NCBI RefSeq assembly: GCF_006345805.1
Contig: NC_042999.1
Coordinates: forward strand, 128,774,001-128,838,000
From: Octopus sinensis
Taxonomy: Eukaryota
Length of the DNA: 64,000 nt
Direction of reading: 5' to 3'
In this document: one piece after another, positions 1 to 11,635 of the stretch
Layout of the letters: each line of letters begins with the position of its first letter
How positions within the stretch are numbered: position 1 is the stretch's first letter
Program-made: the position numbers and the translations under genes
Notes under the pieces: model-generated
Database searches by the model: none
What the model saw: the letters and a program-made list of their open reading frames with translations, nothing else
Told to the model about the DNA's origin: nothing

Positions 1-191
1 ACAAATGTTGCTGTAATTTAGCCCCAAGAGACATCGTCTCCAGCTGGCTATACGACACGATCTATGTCCTTATATTTTCAAACAAGGGTTGGGGTGCTAG
101 ATTCCCTTGTTCGAAAATTTAAGGACACAGATCGTGTCATATAGCCAGCTGAAGACGATGTCTCCTGGAGCTAAATTACAGCAACATTCGT
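1..191. repeat. Fold-back (palindromic) element, MITE-like; may extend left of the window
   Basis: 1-88 is the reverse complement of 104-191 with 8 mismatches and a 15-nt loop. Confidence 0.85.
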
Positions 192-458
192 CCTAAACCA
201 GGACTGCCGTGTTATGTTGGCAAATAATCCTTACTCCAAACTACTGCCAATTCAGAATATTCTGAAGTACACCCAGGCACCAAAGTCTGGCAATGGGCCT
301 AGGACAGGCAAATGATTAATGGGAGAATTAAATGCTAGTTTTAGTATGTCAGTCGACCAAATAGAGGCACCCACATTGGTGGTGTATTTTAAGAAAATGG
401 AAAACTACATAATAATCACTTACAGAGAGACTGCATTATTTTTTTAAAAATTTACTGA

Positions 459-666
459 AGGCGGTGGGCTGATAGAATCGTTAGCACACCAGGTAAAGTG
501 CTTAGCGGCATTTCATCCATGTTTACATTTTGAGTTCAAATTCCGCCGAGATCAACTTTTCATCCTTTTCAGCATTGATAAAATAAGTGCTAGTCAAGCA
601 CTGTGGTCAATAAAATCAACTTACCCTCTCCTCGAAATTACTGGCCTTGTGCCATATTTGAAACCA
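459..666 (+). mobile_element. SINE family B (tRNA-like head, cephalopod-type)
   Basis: GGCGGTGGGCTGATAGAATCGTTAGC...GAGTTCAAATTCCGCCGAG A/B-box-like head and CATCCTTT...GATAAAATAAGT core. Related copies at ~18945-19125 (+), 35820-36010 (-), 43590-43790 (-), 52560-52740 (-), 56620-56790 (-), 59600-59810 (+). Confidence 0.8.
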
Positions 667-827
667 ATATCTTATTTAGTTTCATGTCACCCAAGCAACA
701 CTGACAGAAACACACACACATTGAATGGACTTCTTTCAGTTTCTGTCTACCAAATCACTGAGAATTACAGCAATGAGAATAATGGAAATAAAAATAATAA
801 TAATAACAATCACAATAATAGGGAAAA

Positions 828-1273
828 TTGAAAACAAATACAAGGGGTAACCTGGTTGCAAATAATAATATAAAACAATACACTTGTAGAGATAAAAAAA
901 ACAATGTCCTTTGGCATATGAGTGTTTACATAGAAACAAGTGCACATATACATGTACATATAGGTACAACCAGCAACACCTTCAAGAACCACTTGAGGAA
1001 CCATATAGTGTTATTTATGAACAGCTGCAAAAGCCAATGCTCATTACTTGCAGATCTTGAATGAGACCTCGAATAGAAAAAATACAATGCAGCCTAACTT
1101 GGTCAGTAATAAAAAATGCAAAACCATATAATGCACACTCAAAAGCATGTTACCTCTGCCTGGAAGAGACAATATTATGTAATGATAAAATAATCAACAA
1201 ACACTCAGAGATTATTTTAACATGTAACCATAGACTTAAATGCTTATTTCAGGAATTTAGAAAGAATATGTAA
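828..1273 (+). mobile_element. Penelope-like retroelement relic, GIY-YIG endonuclease region (disrupted)
   Basis: Adjacent ORFs give HIGTTSNTFKNHLRNH...LTWSVIKNAKPYNAHSKACYLCLEE...INKHSEIILTCNH. This matches the recalled Penelope C-terminal pattern YIGxTxxxFKxR..H...W.I...A..Y.....C.LCLxEK...NK.SE...C.H. The two parts are in different frames. Confidence 0.7.
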
Positions 1274-1610
1274 TATTCAATGTTATATAAATTCTTTATT
1301 AACTAAAAAATGTACATATATTTTGGTGATTACTTCTACTGGCAAGATTATAAATTGTTGTTTACTTGAATGATCATTTAGTTATATTGATTCATTATTT
1401 ACTCAAAAATGCTATTATAATTGTTTCAGTATCATTACTATTTTCTTTAAATTATATTACTTATATTGTCCACCAAAATTGTATAATCCTATAATAACTG
1501 ATATGTTAGGTACTGTTGTTTAGGCAAAGGGGAATTAACTACAGAATGGACTTGTTTACGATGGCAGAATGTTATGGCATAAGTGGAAAATGATTGGTGG
1601 AATGACATAA

Positions 1611-1920
1611 AAAAAACTGGTACTCCATCACTTACGATGATGAGGGTTCCAGTTGATCCGATCAACAGAATAGCTTGTTTATGAGATTAACATGCAAGTA
1701 GCTGAGCACTCCACACACACATGTACCTCTCCACATACTACTCAGGGAGATTCAGCATGACTTAGAGTGTGACAAGGCTGGCCCCTTGAAATACAGGTAC
1801 TACTCATTTTTGCCAGCTGAGTGGACTGGAGCAATGTAAAATAAAGTGTCTTGCTTAAGGACACAATGCACCGCCAGGAATCGAACTCATGAGCCAAATA
1901 CCCTAACTACTAAGCCACAC
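1611..1920 (-). mobile_element. SINE family C
   Basis: GAGGGTTCCAGTTGATCCGATCAAC...TGTGACAAGGCTGGCCC...GCCAGCTGAGTGGACTGGAGC...CCCTAACTACTAAGCCAC. Related copies or fragments at ~2725-3070, 12250-12360, 27080-27340, 46370-46610, 47300-47520. Strand inferred from a tRNA-like head on the minus strand. Confidence 0.7.
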
Positions 1921-4799
1921 ATGGTAGAATGACATGGAGAGATGCCTATTCATGAGAACAAAAGTGGGAGTATCTTTAGATAAATACATGTAAGTATATA
2001 CAGGTATTGGTACATAAGTGTGAAGTAAAAAAATATGTATGTATAAATGGGTGCATGAGAGTGAAAACTATAGATTTGACTTCATGCTATGAAGTGAGAG
2101 GAGACAACAATTGTATATATGTAGAATGTTTGTATATAAATGAACTAGTGTGTGTATGTTGGTGGAAATGTGTGTGTGTGTTCAAATATAAATATTTTTA
2201 TGTATACACCCATTGAATGAACATGAGTGTATAAGGGTGGGAGCAAATAAACTCTCCCTATGGTATATTAATGATTGAGAAACAAAGACAAAGTTCATGA
2301 GAAGACTGGCAGACAAGTTAGTATCCTGCTGGGTAAATAAGTTGACCACATGTCCTTTGAAGAAAAATGTTTACAAACAAAAGAAATAAGGAATTCTTCT
2401 TGTTTATATTTTAGCAACATTGTTATCTTAGAGTGTTAATCTATCTTCATAAAAGGTGAGACATATCTATGCTAAAAAAGGGACCAAATGTGAGGTTTTG
2501 TTAATTTATATTTTATACTTTTAATTTTATTTCCATTGATTAATCTTAGTTCATTTATTTTATAATTTCCATTTTTTATTTTTGTTTCCATCAATTTATT
2601 TATATTTTATGTGACTTGTGACTATTTGAATCTATGTGTTGCTGTTTGTCAAGGGAATGCTAAAACTAGAATATAGAACAATGGGAAACTAAAGCTACTC
2701 ACCTATTGCTAGATCATATTTTATATACTACGGCACTTCGTTGGTTAAAATGACAAGGGTTCCAGTTGATCCAATCAATGGAACATGTAAGTACCTTTAA
2801 CATAGTTCTCGAGGATATTCAGTGTGGCACAGGGTGTGACAAGGCTGACCCTTTGAAATAGAGGTACAACAGAAACAGGAAGAAAGAGTGAAAGAAAGTT
2901 GTGGTGAAAGAGTACAGCAGGGTTTGCCACCACTCCATGTGGCTCCGGAGCCACATGGAGCTTTAAATGTTTTCACTCAGTAAACACTCACAATGCCTAG
3001 TCTGAGAATTGAAACCACAATCCTATAACCACGAGTCCACTGCCCTAACCACTGAGCCATTGTGCCTCCACATATTTATATGGTATTTATATAATGATAT
3101 GTATAGGTGAACACTCGGCAACTAACAGCTGTTGCTAATACATGTGGTTGGGAAACAAACTTCTTACCACACATCCAGATGATGGTATGTAGGGGTGGAC
3201 TAAGGGGCATGTGCCCCCTCAAGAAAAGAAGTGCACCCTGCTAAATAATGTTATTACTCCCTTTTCTCCTGGAATTGTATTCCCTTCTGACCTTGTGCCC
3301 TCCCTTCAAAAAATTCCTGGCACTACACCTGGTGTGGCTATGTAGTAAGAAGATTGCTTCCCTCAAATATGAAAATACCTTAAAATACTAAAGAATAAAT
3401 TTATTCAATAAAATCGCCATTGGCGCCATCCACGACCTCCAGGTGACTTCAGAATCTCCTGCAACTCTTCCATATACATACATGTGTGTGTGTGTGTAAA
3501 ACGATCAATAATATGTATGAAGAAAATCATGTCTTAATTTTAGATCATACCTTGAAAGTCCAACAATTATTTCAATTGCATTAACATATACATATATATA
3601 TATTCACACACACACACACCACACACACACACACACACACATATAAATAATATTATTAAAATCAATAATAATATATATGAAAATTTATGTCAACATGACA
3701 TCATCAAGGTAATCCAAATTGGTGATTTTCTAACTGAATATCTGAAAAAATTTTAGCTGTTAAAAAACACTAACAAAAAGAAATGCCAAACCAAATTTAA
3801 CTAAACATTCATTCATTCAACCAAGTGCAACATCATTGAATAACCAATTTAGTTTATAAAAATAAAATATAAAAAATACCATACTAATTTCATTTTTTTT
3901 GACAATTTAAAATCTACATTAAAAAACTCTAATGTAGAAAAGTATATTTATCTTCTAATATTGATGACATCATTGGATATCTAAAGAGCAGACAAGAATT
4001 CTACGTTATGCTTAATAGAAAACTAAAGAATAAAAACTACAGATAATAATTCTATGTTATGCTAAATAGAAACTTATGTACTTTATGTCACAATAATTAA
4101 TTACCTATTCATTTATTTAATATAATATACCCTTTTAAAGGAATTAACCTTATTGTATAATAACTGAAGAATTATTATATTCAACAACATATATCACCAC
4201 TGAGGATTTCACTGGGTAATTAAAAAGTAAAAATTACAGAAAAGACAACCAAATAGCTATTTATTCATTATAATAAACTCTTATATAGGAATTAACTTTA
4301 TTATATAATAATTAAAAAATTATCATAATTAATAGTTTCCCTTTTTTTACTATTTTAATTCTCACACTTGTTTTTTTCAGTATGACTTGTCAACCACCCC
4401 TGAAATTAATGAACCTTGTACATTCTAACAAATTAATATACAGTTTTAATTTCAAACTTACACCTTCTGTTTTGAACATGATAATTTATCAACATTGAAA
4501 CATTTTAATTTAATGACATTGAAACATTTCAGTTTGTCAACATTGAAGCATTTTGATTTGTCAACATTGAAACTTATAACGATGTTTTTCTAATTTTACA
4601 CTTTTACCATTGATAAACAAAAAATATTGTTGAAACTAGTTTGGAATAATATGTAAATAAATGTATTTTAAACATTTACGAACTTTTGAAATTTAAGTGC
4701 ATTTTCAACAACACATTTTCCTATATTTTTTTCCTGCGTGGAAACACCACTCCCTCTTTTACTATATATATATATATATATATATAACACATACACACA

Positions 4800-4970
4800 C
4801 ATACACTCACGGAGTGGTTGGCGTTAGGAAGGGCATCCAGCTGTAGAAACATTGCCAGATAAGGCCGGAGCCTTGTGCAGCCTTCTGGCTTCCCAGATCC
4901 CCGGTTGAACCGTCCAACCCATGCTAGCATGGAGAACGGACGTTAAACGATGATGATGATGATGATGATA
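4800..4970 (+). mobile_element. 3'-terminal fragment of the RTE LINE family
   Basis: CACTCACGGAGTGGTTGGCGTTAGGAAGGGCATCCAGC...CATGCTAGCATGGAGAACGGACGTTAAACGA(TGA)n matches the 3' end of the RT-bearing copy at 49140-51060. Confidence 0.85.
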
Positions 4971-5255
4971 TGCATTTCTTAAGATTTTTATTTAGATCAC
5001 TTTAAAACATAAAGTTTGTATCAAAGAAACAAGAGATGGAGTCACCTGGGCTGCTATCAAAACGTTAAGAAATTTATATTCTTCATATTTATTAATTTTC
5101 ATATGGAATCTTACTCATATGGACACAAATGAATGATGCACAACCTGTCAAATAGTTGATTTTCAAAAGTATATTGTAATTACAATCTTCATATGTTTAC
5201 TTGAGATAACTATTTTTTTCTCTTTTAGGACTATAGCTGGAATCAAGAATTCAAA

Positions 5256-5924
5256 ATGGATACCAAAATAGCACTGTTAGTTGACACAACATCCATCATA
5301 AAATATTCCCTCCAAGCAGACCTCTATAGCCTCTGTGATAATTTGTCAGCTGAGGGTTGTTCATTGCATATTTATCTTCTTGGACAAGACCCAAACAACA
5401 AAGACATTACACAAATAAATGAAAAATTAGAGAAATATTCAAACAAGATGCAAACTTTCCATTCGGAAAGTAATCCTGAACTAATATTTCTTGCAAAGAG
5501 GCATCTTGATGATAGAAACCTTGAAAGCATCTTTATAACATCTAGTGATGATAAAATTCACATGTGGAAGGCTCTCACCAATATATTAATGACAGCACGC
5601 CAATATGAATTTTCTTTTAAAACCCTAGGAGAAGCTTCTGAAATAGAGCCAGAAATTGATTTAAAGCATTTACAAGAAGAATGCCGTGAAATGCTAAAAA
5701 CCATAAATACTAATGAACCAATTCGAATTATAAAATCTCCCCTGATTCCAAAAGACATATTTTACCATGGTTACACAACTCGTATTGGTGGGGTATCTAG
5801 CATAGCAGGATTGAAGTCCCTTAACCTTCTATATATTACAAAGAAAAAAGATCCTAAAATTGTAATAGAAGAAAATGTCCGCAGAGTAGCAGAAGCAGGA
5901 AATTTCAAACCTGAAAGTTTTACA
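5256..5924 (+). CDS. LACC1: LACC1/FAMIN homologue (purine nucleoside phosphorylase, YfiH/PgeF family), coding exon 1 of 2 (aa 1-223)
   Basis: Acceptor TTTTTTTCTCTTTTAG ends at 5228 and ATG is at 5256. The C-terminal part IIKSPLIPKDIFYHGYTTRIGGVSSIAGLKSLNL...KKKDPKIVIEENVRRVAEAGNF parallels human LACC1 as recalled ([33 protein letters not shown]...[21 protein letters not shown]). Phase-0 donor ACA|GTAAGT at 5924/5925. Confidence 0.9.
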
Positions 5925-6283
5925 GTAAGTTCACTTAAAACCTTTTATTCTTCTACTTACATTTCCTCTACTTTTATATCTGCTCTTCTCCCTCCTTCTT
6001 CTCCTCCCAGAAAGAACTGGACATTTCTCTTAACTTAATTTCAGAAAAATGAAATATGATTAGGACAGAGCTTCTTAAATCTGCACTTTGTTGATTTCCC
6101 CATCAGCAAAAAGCATAAAGTATAGAATGTATAATAATAATAGGGAGAAGAGAAATTCAAATCGATGTTATGATTGTTTCAATAAATGAACACTGTTTGT
6201 TCCATATCACACATAAAGTTATGAAATACATACAATAAATGCAACATATACAATAAAATAAAATAAATATTGTTCATTGATAT

Positions 6284-6680
6284 AGGCACAGGAGTGGCTG
6301 TGTGGTAAGTAGCTTGCTTACCAACCACATGGTTCCGGGTTCAGCCCCACTGCGTGGCACCTTGGGCAAGTGTCTTCTACTATAGCCTTGGGCCGACCAA
6401 AGCTTTGCGAGAGGATTTGGCAGATGGAAACTGAAAGAAGTCCGTCGTATATATGTGTATTTGTGTCTCTGTGTTTGTCCCCCCCCCTAACATCGCTTGA
6501 CAACTGATGCTGGTGTAATTATGTCCCTGTAACTTAGCGGTTCGGCAAAAAGAGACCGATAGAATAAGTAATAGGCTTTCAAAGAATAAGTCCTGGGGTC
6601 GATTAGCTTGACTACAAGGCAGTGCTCCAGCATGGCTCCAGTCAAATGACTGAAACAAGTAAAAGAGTAAAAGAGTGAAG
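6284..6680 (+). mobile_element. SINE family A (tRNA-derived head, central microsatellite, AAAAGAGT tail)
   Basis: GGAGTGGCTGTGTGGTAAGTAGCTTGC...GGTTCAGCCCCACTG head and AAATGACTGAAACAAGTAAAAGAGTAAAAGAG tail. Related copies at ~20975-21140, 48060-48200, 52878-53050, 53140-53300, 54650-54880, 58990-59390 (-), 62050-62200, 63048-63705. Confidence 0.85.
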
Positions 6681-6759
6681 AGAGTGATATCTTCAGATAT
6701 AATCTGAATTTCTCTTTTCTTCATCTAAATAATTATACCTTTGTTCAACTATAAGAACA

Positions 6760-7330
6760 AAGTCATCAGCATAGAGGAGCACCCAAGAGCATCCCATCTT
6801 AAATTCCTCTCTTATAACCTGGAGGACTGTGATGAAAAAGAGGGGATTGAGAACTGATCCTGTACACTGAATTCATTGCTATACTCATTACCATTTTTCA
6901 CTTTACTGGTATCTCTGTACATGGCTTGTATAGCTCTTACCAACCAATCCATCTATCCCTAGCTTCCACATTGACCACCAGATAAGGGAGCAGAAGGACC
7001 TTTCAAAGGCTTTCCTTATGTCAACAAAAGCCAAGTACAGAGGTTTATTTTTGGCTAAGTACTTCTGCAGCTACCTTACCAGGAATATAGCATCGGTGGT
7101 TCTTCTCCTGGCACAAAACCAAATTGCATCTCATCTAGACTAACTCTCTTCATAATAAGTTTTGCTATGATCCTCTCTGTAACTTACATTACCTGGTTCA
7201 ACAATTTGATACCTCTGTAATTATTTCTGTTTAAGGTCTCACCATTACCTTTGGAACAGTTGACAATGGTGCTGCTACACCAGTCATTGGGTATGATCCC
7301 TTCGTGGGCAACCTGATTAATTATATGAGT
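6760..7330 (-). mobile_element. Old RTE LINE reverse-transcriptase relic inside the LACC1 intron
   Basis: The minus strand translates, with stops and frameshifts, to EGIIPNDWCSSTIVNCSKG...NNYRGIKLL...DEMQFGFVPG...TTDAIFLVR...PLYLAFVD...KAF...EEFKMGCSWVLLYADD. This is homologous to EEFKTGCPWELLYADD in the 49969-51102 ORF. Confidence 0.8.
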
Positions 7331-7699
7331 GACTAGACCATATCCCACTTCAAATTGCTAATATGTGATCTTTTTTTAATATATAAATTTGTAATATCAA
7401 ATGTTTAATGTGTAAACTTTGTAGGCAATTAGCCTTATAACTAAATTTGAAAATAAATAGGTTCTTGAGTATTTTAATTTAAACTTTTAAGTAAAAATAA
7501 TAAATATAAAAAGGCAATTACTACTATTTTAGATTTTAAATTTTAACTTCAGCAGCAATATTTTTTTCTTCTTGTCCTGTACTTTTCCAATTTCAATACA
7601 TAAGAATATTCTAGCACTCTGTACCCGCATTTCTGTACTTTTCTAGGTTCAATGATTAAGAATATTCTAGGATTCTGCCTTCGTTTTTCATTTGTAGTA

Positions 7700-7731
<32 letters not shown>

Positions 7732-7745
7732 ATATATATATATAT

Positions 7746-7793
<48 letters not shown>

Positions 7794-8033
7794 GAGGAAA
7801 CCTAGTGAATAATTCCCTTAGCAGAGAAAGTAAATTTTCATCCATTTAAATATAATATATAATATATATATACATACACATACACACATGCGTGCACATG
7901 TACACACACACACACACACAAACATATGTATTTAGCATATTAATACATATATTTAAATAAATATATACAGAAACATATATATATATATAGATATGTAATT
8001 GTTTTGCTTTTTTTTTTTTTTTATTCTCACTAG

Positions 8034-8591
8034 ACGCCTTTAGTTGATCATGGAAATATTGTATGGCAAACTGGAACACCAAAGCCTGAAGTCTATGATG
8101 GTATGGTAACTGTAGAGCAAGGAATTACTTTAGCTGCACCTGGAGCCGACTGTTTAGACCTAATTTTTGCAGATCCTATCAAGAAATGTTGTGGTGTAGC
8201 CCACAGTGGCTGGAAGGGAACTGTCTCAGAGATAGCAAAAGAAGTCATTAAGAAAATGACTGAACTTGGTTCAAATACTCAAGATATTTTGGTTACACTT
8301 GGTCCTGGAGTGGAAGGATCCTGCTTTGTACTTGGTACTAAAGATGCTCAGAAATTTAAAGATATATCATTATCAGAATGCCTGAAATATAATGAAAAAG
8401 ATGATAATTACCACGTAGACTTGTTCAAAGCCAATCTTAAAATCCTTGAAAGAAACGGCATATTACCTGAAAATATTGATTCAACAACTGCAACATATTG
8501 CACTGTGTGCAACCCAGATTTATTTTTTTCTTGCGTAAGAGATAAAACACCGTTTGGTAATCAGTTTGGATACATTGGTTTACATGCTTGA
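8034..8591 (+). CDS. LACC1: LACC1/FAMIN homologue, coding exon 2 of 2 (aa 224-408), catalytic domain
   Basis: TPLVDHGNIVWQTGTPKPEVYDGMVTVEQGITLAAPGADC...VAHSGWKGT...LGPGVEGSCF...CTVCNPDLFFSCVRD...FGNQFGYI. The family motifs H..N, DG, GADC, AHxGWKG, GP and FFS are present, and spacing matches human H250/C284/H301 without gaps. TGA at 8589-8591. Confidence 0.92.
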   Translation, partial: TPLVDHGNIVWQTGTPKPEVYDGMVTVEQGITLAAPGADCLDLIFADPIKKCCGVAHSGWKGTVSEIAKEVIKKMTELGSNTQDILVTLGPGVEGSCFVLGTKDAQKFKDISLSECLKYNEKDDNYHVDLFKANLKILERNGILPENIDSTTATYCTVCNPDLFFSCVRDKTPFGNQFGYIGLHA

Positions 8592-8767
8592 ATTAAATAG
8601 TCATATAGGATCAATTCCAATTTTATTATCAAATCCATCCTCATTTTATCCATAATTAACTTAATTAACTTCATCTTATCTGCTCTTAAGGCTGTGGTAT
8701 TGGTTAGTTTTTCTTAAAGTGGATTCTGTGAAAAAGTTGTGGAGTTTTGCCGGATAACATGTCTTTT

Positions 8768-8783
8768 AATAAAATTTAATAAA
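8768..8783 (+). terminator. Candidate polyadenylation signals for LACC1
   Basis: Two AATAAA hexamers (8768, 8778) about 180 bp after the stop. The background is AT-rich, so this is weak evidence. Confidence 0.35.
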
Positions 8784-9085
8784 AATCTGTTTTGCAAAAA
8801 AAGTGATGGTATTTCCTATTTGATTTTTTTTTTTAATATATATGAATAAATTCTCCCCCCCCCCTCTCTCTCTCTAAAATGATTTCTTTCATTTAATATC
8901 TTATAAAATTAGAGAGGCAGAGGTTGTCTGTAAAATACAGGTGATAAGTTTTGTGGTTCGGAGAAAATTGTTTAAAGGTTCTGTGACAAAATAAGTTTGG
9001 GAACCACTGCTATAGGTGATAAATGAATGTGTAGCAATTTTGCCTTAAGAATATAGATTCTGGATTCAATCCCAGACAATGGATA

Positions 9086-10400
9086 TACCATATTTTTCAG
9101 AATATAAGATGCACTGGTGTATATGACACACCCCTATTTTGATGATAAAGTTTTGGGAAAAAGCTACAGTTATATTTGAAAGATTTTCTTCAAAGATGCA
9201 ATTTGTTGCTTTAAAATCTAGTATGTATTATTCTAAACACAAAAGAGCTCAGAACATCAAAGTAAGAAATTAATGTAAATTAAAAAAGCAGGTTTTGTTA
9301 TTCATTTTGGTCTCAAACCTACAAGATCCTAATTGCTTTCATTTTTGCTTGAAAAATTTTATATATGTCATCAGTGGAGCCAAAATCCTGATCAAAGAAA
9401 CTATTATCCTCAGTCTTATCATTGCATTTCTGACACCACACTCCTTAAATGATTTAATTATTATATCACTTCTTATTTTTACCCTATGAGTTCTCCACCC
9501 ATTTGTATGCTTTTCCCTGAGCTCATAGATGTCATAGGAAAATCCTCCTGTTGCATCCATTCCTCTCTCATAAATGTCTTAAAGGGTTTGATAATAGAAA
9601 CATTAAGAGGTTGCAGCTGATTTCTTAAACTGCTGGGTATAAATAGCTCATTGTGTTTCTTTTATTTATAACATTTTCGTTTATTTTTTTCATTTTACGA
9701 ACTCTGAATTAATCTCAGACAAGGAAAGATGACTTTTTAAATAAATACCTTGGATATTTCAATCAAATTTTTCCAAATAAAAGTAGAATTCTACCTTCAT
9801 CCATCCATCCTTCTTCATGTACATGAACATAGACACTGCTGGATAAATTTTCTTTGGGCATTGCTTTTCTTTCAGCTGTTCTTTTGCTTAGAACATCAAA
9901 TATTAACAGACTTTCATCCATGACTTCTATTTCAGGCTATTCAAATGGAATTTCTTTTTTTAACTGTATAATATACTTGAGTGAAGTACGTATTTTCATC
10001 TCAAACTCATCAAACATTCTTTGAGCTATTTTCATTCTGGTTATCATGACTAGACTTACACATTTCATGAACCTATAATACCATGATGTATGACCACTAA
10101 AATCTTCTAAACTATTATCTTCTTTGCTTCAAAAATTATCATATTTGCAGAAGTGGACAGTTTTTGCCTTCTCTGATCTGCAACCCATTCATATAGTTTA
10201 TTTTTAAGATCTTGCCATTTTGCTCTTTTTACCTCTGAAAATTGTGTTTATCTCTTTGACTTCATTTAAAATTTTTCATCGTGATTAAGCTCTCACTGAA
10301 TCATTATTTCTGTTGGTGGAGGATTGAAAGAGCTCTTAGCAGCTCTATTTCCATGTTTACCATGAATTTTTTGCATAATCAATCAAACTTAATTTGAATT
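9086..10400 (-). mobile_element. Degenerate pogo/Tigger-like (Tc1/mariner superfamily) transposon
   Basis: Minus-strand fragments: KRAKWQDLKNKLYEWVADQRRQKLSTSANMIIFEAKK (CENP-B-type HTH), EVMDESLLIFDVLSKRT, VHVHEEGWMDE, QLQPLNVSIIKPFKTFMREEWM (last catalytic D reads N), DIIIKSFKECG. TA plus the TIR-like CCATATTTTTCAGAATATAAGATGCAC at 9086-9114. The partner TIR was not found, so the right boundary is approximate. Confidence 0.75.
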
Positions 10401-10984
10401 CACCTTTTTCTTTAGACCCCATGAAGTGGGTGAAAAACTAAAACAAAAGATGAAGAAACAAGCTAATCTGCTCCCTCTGTCTAGGTTATTGTACTTCAGC
10501 TTTCAGTTACACATCCAGCTGGATGGTAAGCATGTGCCAGATTGCCATGTAGCCAATAAAAACTGAAAAACTGATTAGGCAATTGCCAACACTTATTGCA
10601 TTAAGCACTTTGCACATTTGAATCACATTGCACATTTGAAATCCATGGCAAGCACTCTAAATGATTTTTTAGTTGCTAAAAAAAATTGGATGTGAAATTC
10701 TTCAATAACAAAAATGGTCTTATTCTACTCCACATTAAACTGCAATCACCATGTAATTTACAAGCTCTTTCGCTCTCATCCATTATTATAATTTATTTAA
10801 AAAAAATTTTAGGGAGCATTATAATGAGTTATGTTCTAAAAATACTTCTTTTGTTATAAGTAATACATTCAAATGAACTGTATTAAGCATTCTTATATTT
10901 GCATATGGCTTGTGTATATCATACACACACACACATATCAGACATTAGCAACAACAGTAGTATTATTACCAAATGGCAACCATT

Positions 10985-11600
10985 ATATCCTTCTTAATTG
11001 GATGTAGTAGAGGAAAACTGTAATACTGCCCCGAGAAAATCTCTTGTATAGGCACTTAGTGAACAGAAGTACAAGAGTATTGGTAGTAGATGAGAAATAT
11101 CTACTAGCAATAGCAGAACTGCTGTATCACATGATTTTAGCATTTTGTGCTTCATCAGCAATAGGTATCCTACATACTGACCAAATCTCCCTTCCACCTA
11201 TATATATAGAAACAGTTTATGTTCATTTACTGGTATTACTAACTGCTGGCAAGCTGGCCGAAAATCAGATATTTACAAGGGAGAGAGTATTATAACCAAA
11301 TGGTAAACTTTATATCCTACTTAATGTGGATGTATTATATGAGCACTATAATACAGCAGTATTCAACCTGGGAAAATCTCTCTTATAGGCAACTAGTGCA
11401 TAAACACAGAGGGGCATAAGTAGCAAATGAGAAATATCTTGCAGCACTAGCACAACTGTTGTATCATGTGATTTCAGCATTTTGTGTCTGATCAGTAACA
11501 GGTATCTAGTAACACCACATACAGGCTAAATCTACCTTTCACCCATATACAGAGAACTGGCTACTGTTTAGTCACTGGGGTTTGTTAACAGCCAACATGC
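10985..11600. repeat. Diverged two-copy tandem duplication (~325-bp period) of unknown origin
   Basis: Both copies start TATATCCT.CTTAAT and share GAAAATCTCT..TATAGGCA.TAGTG, ATGAGAAATATCT, TGTATCA.TGATTT.AGCATTTTGTG and AGGTATC in the same order. Confidence 0.7.
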
Positions 11601-11635
11601 TGGTCAAAAGTGATATATTTATATATGTATATATA

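Larger units (their letters stand above)
5925..8033 (+). other. LACC1: LACC1 intron (GT-AG, phase 0, 2109 bp) containing a SINE, an RTE relic and microsatellites
   Basis: GTAAGT at 5925. Long poly-T tract followed by ATTCTCACTAG ending at 8033. Splicing joins the two ORFs in frame. Confidence 0.85.

Noticed and set aside
5925-6038. C-terminal 37 aa of the 260-aa ORF (VSSLKTF...WTFLLT)
   Set aside because: This is intron read-through past a consensus GTAAGT donor. Homology stops at the donor and resumes at 8034.
6284-6370. tRNA-like A/B boxes here and in other SINE heads
   Set aside because: They continue into multicopy SINE bodies, and no complete cloverleaf could be drawn.
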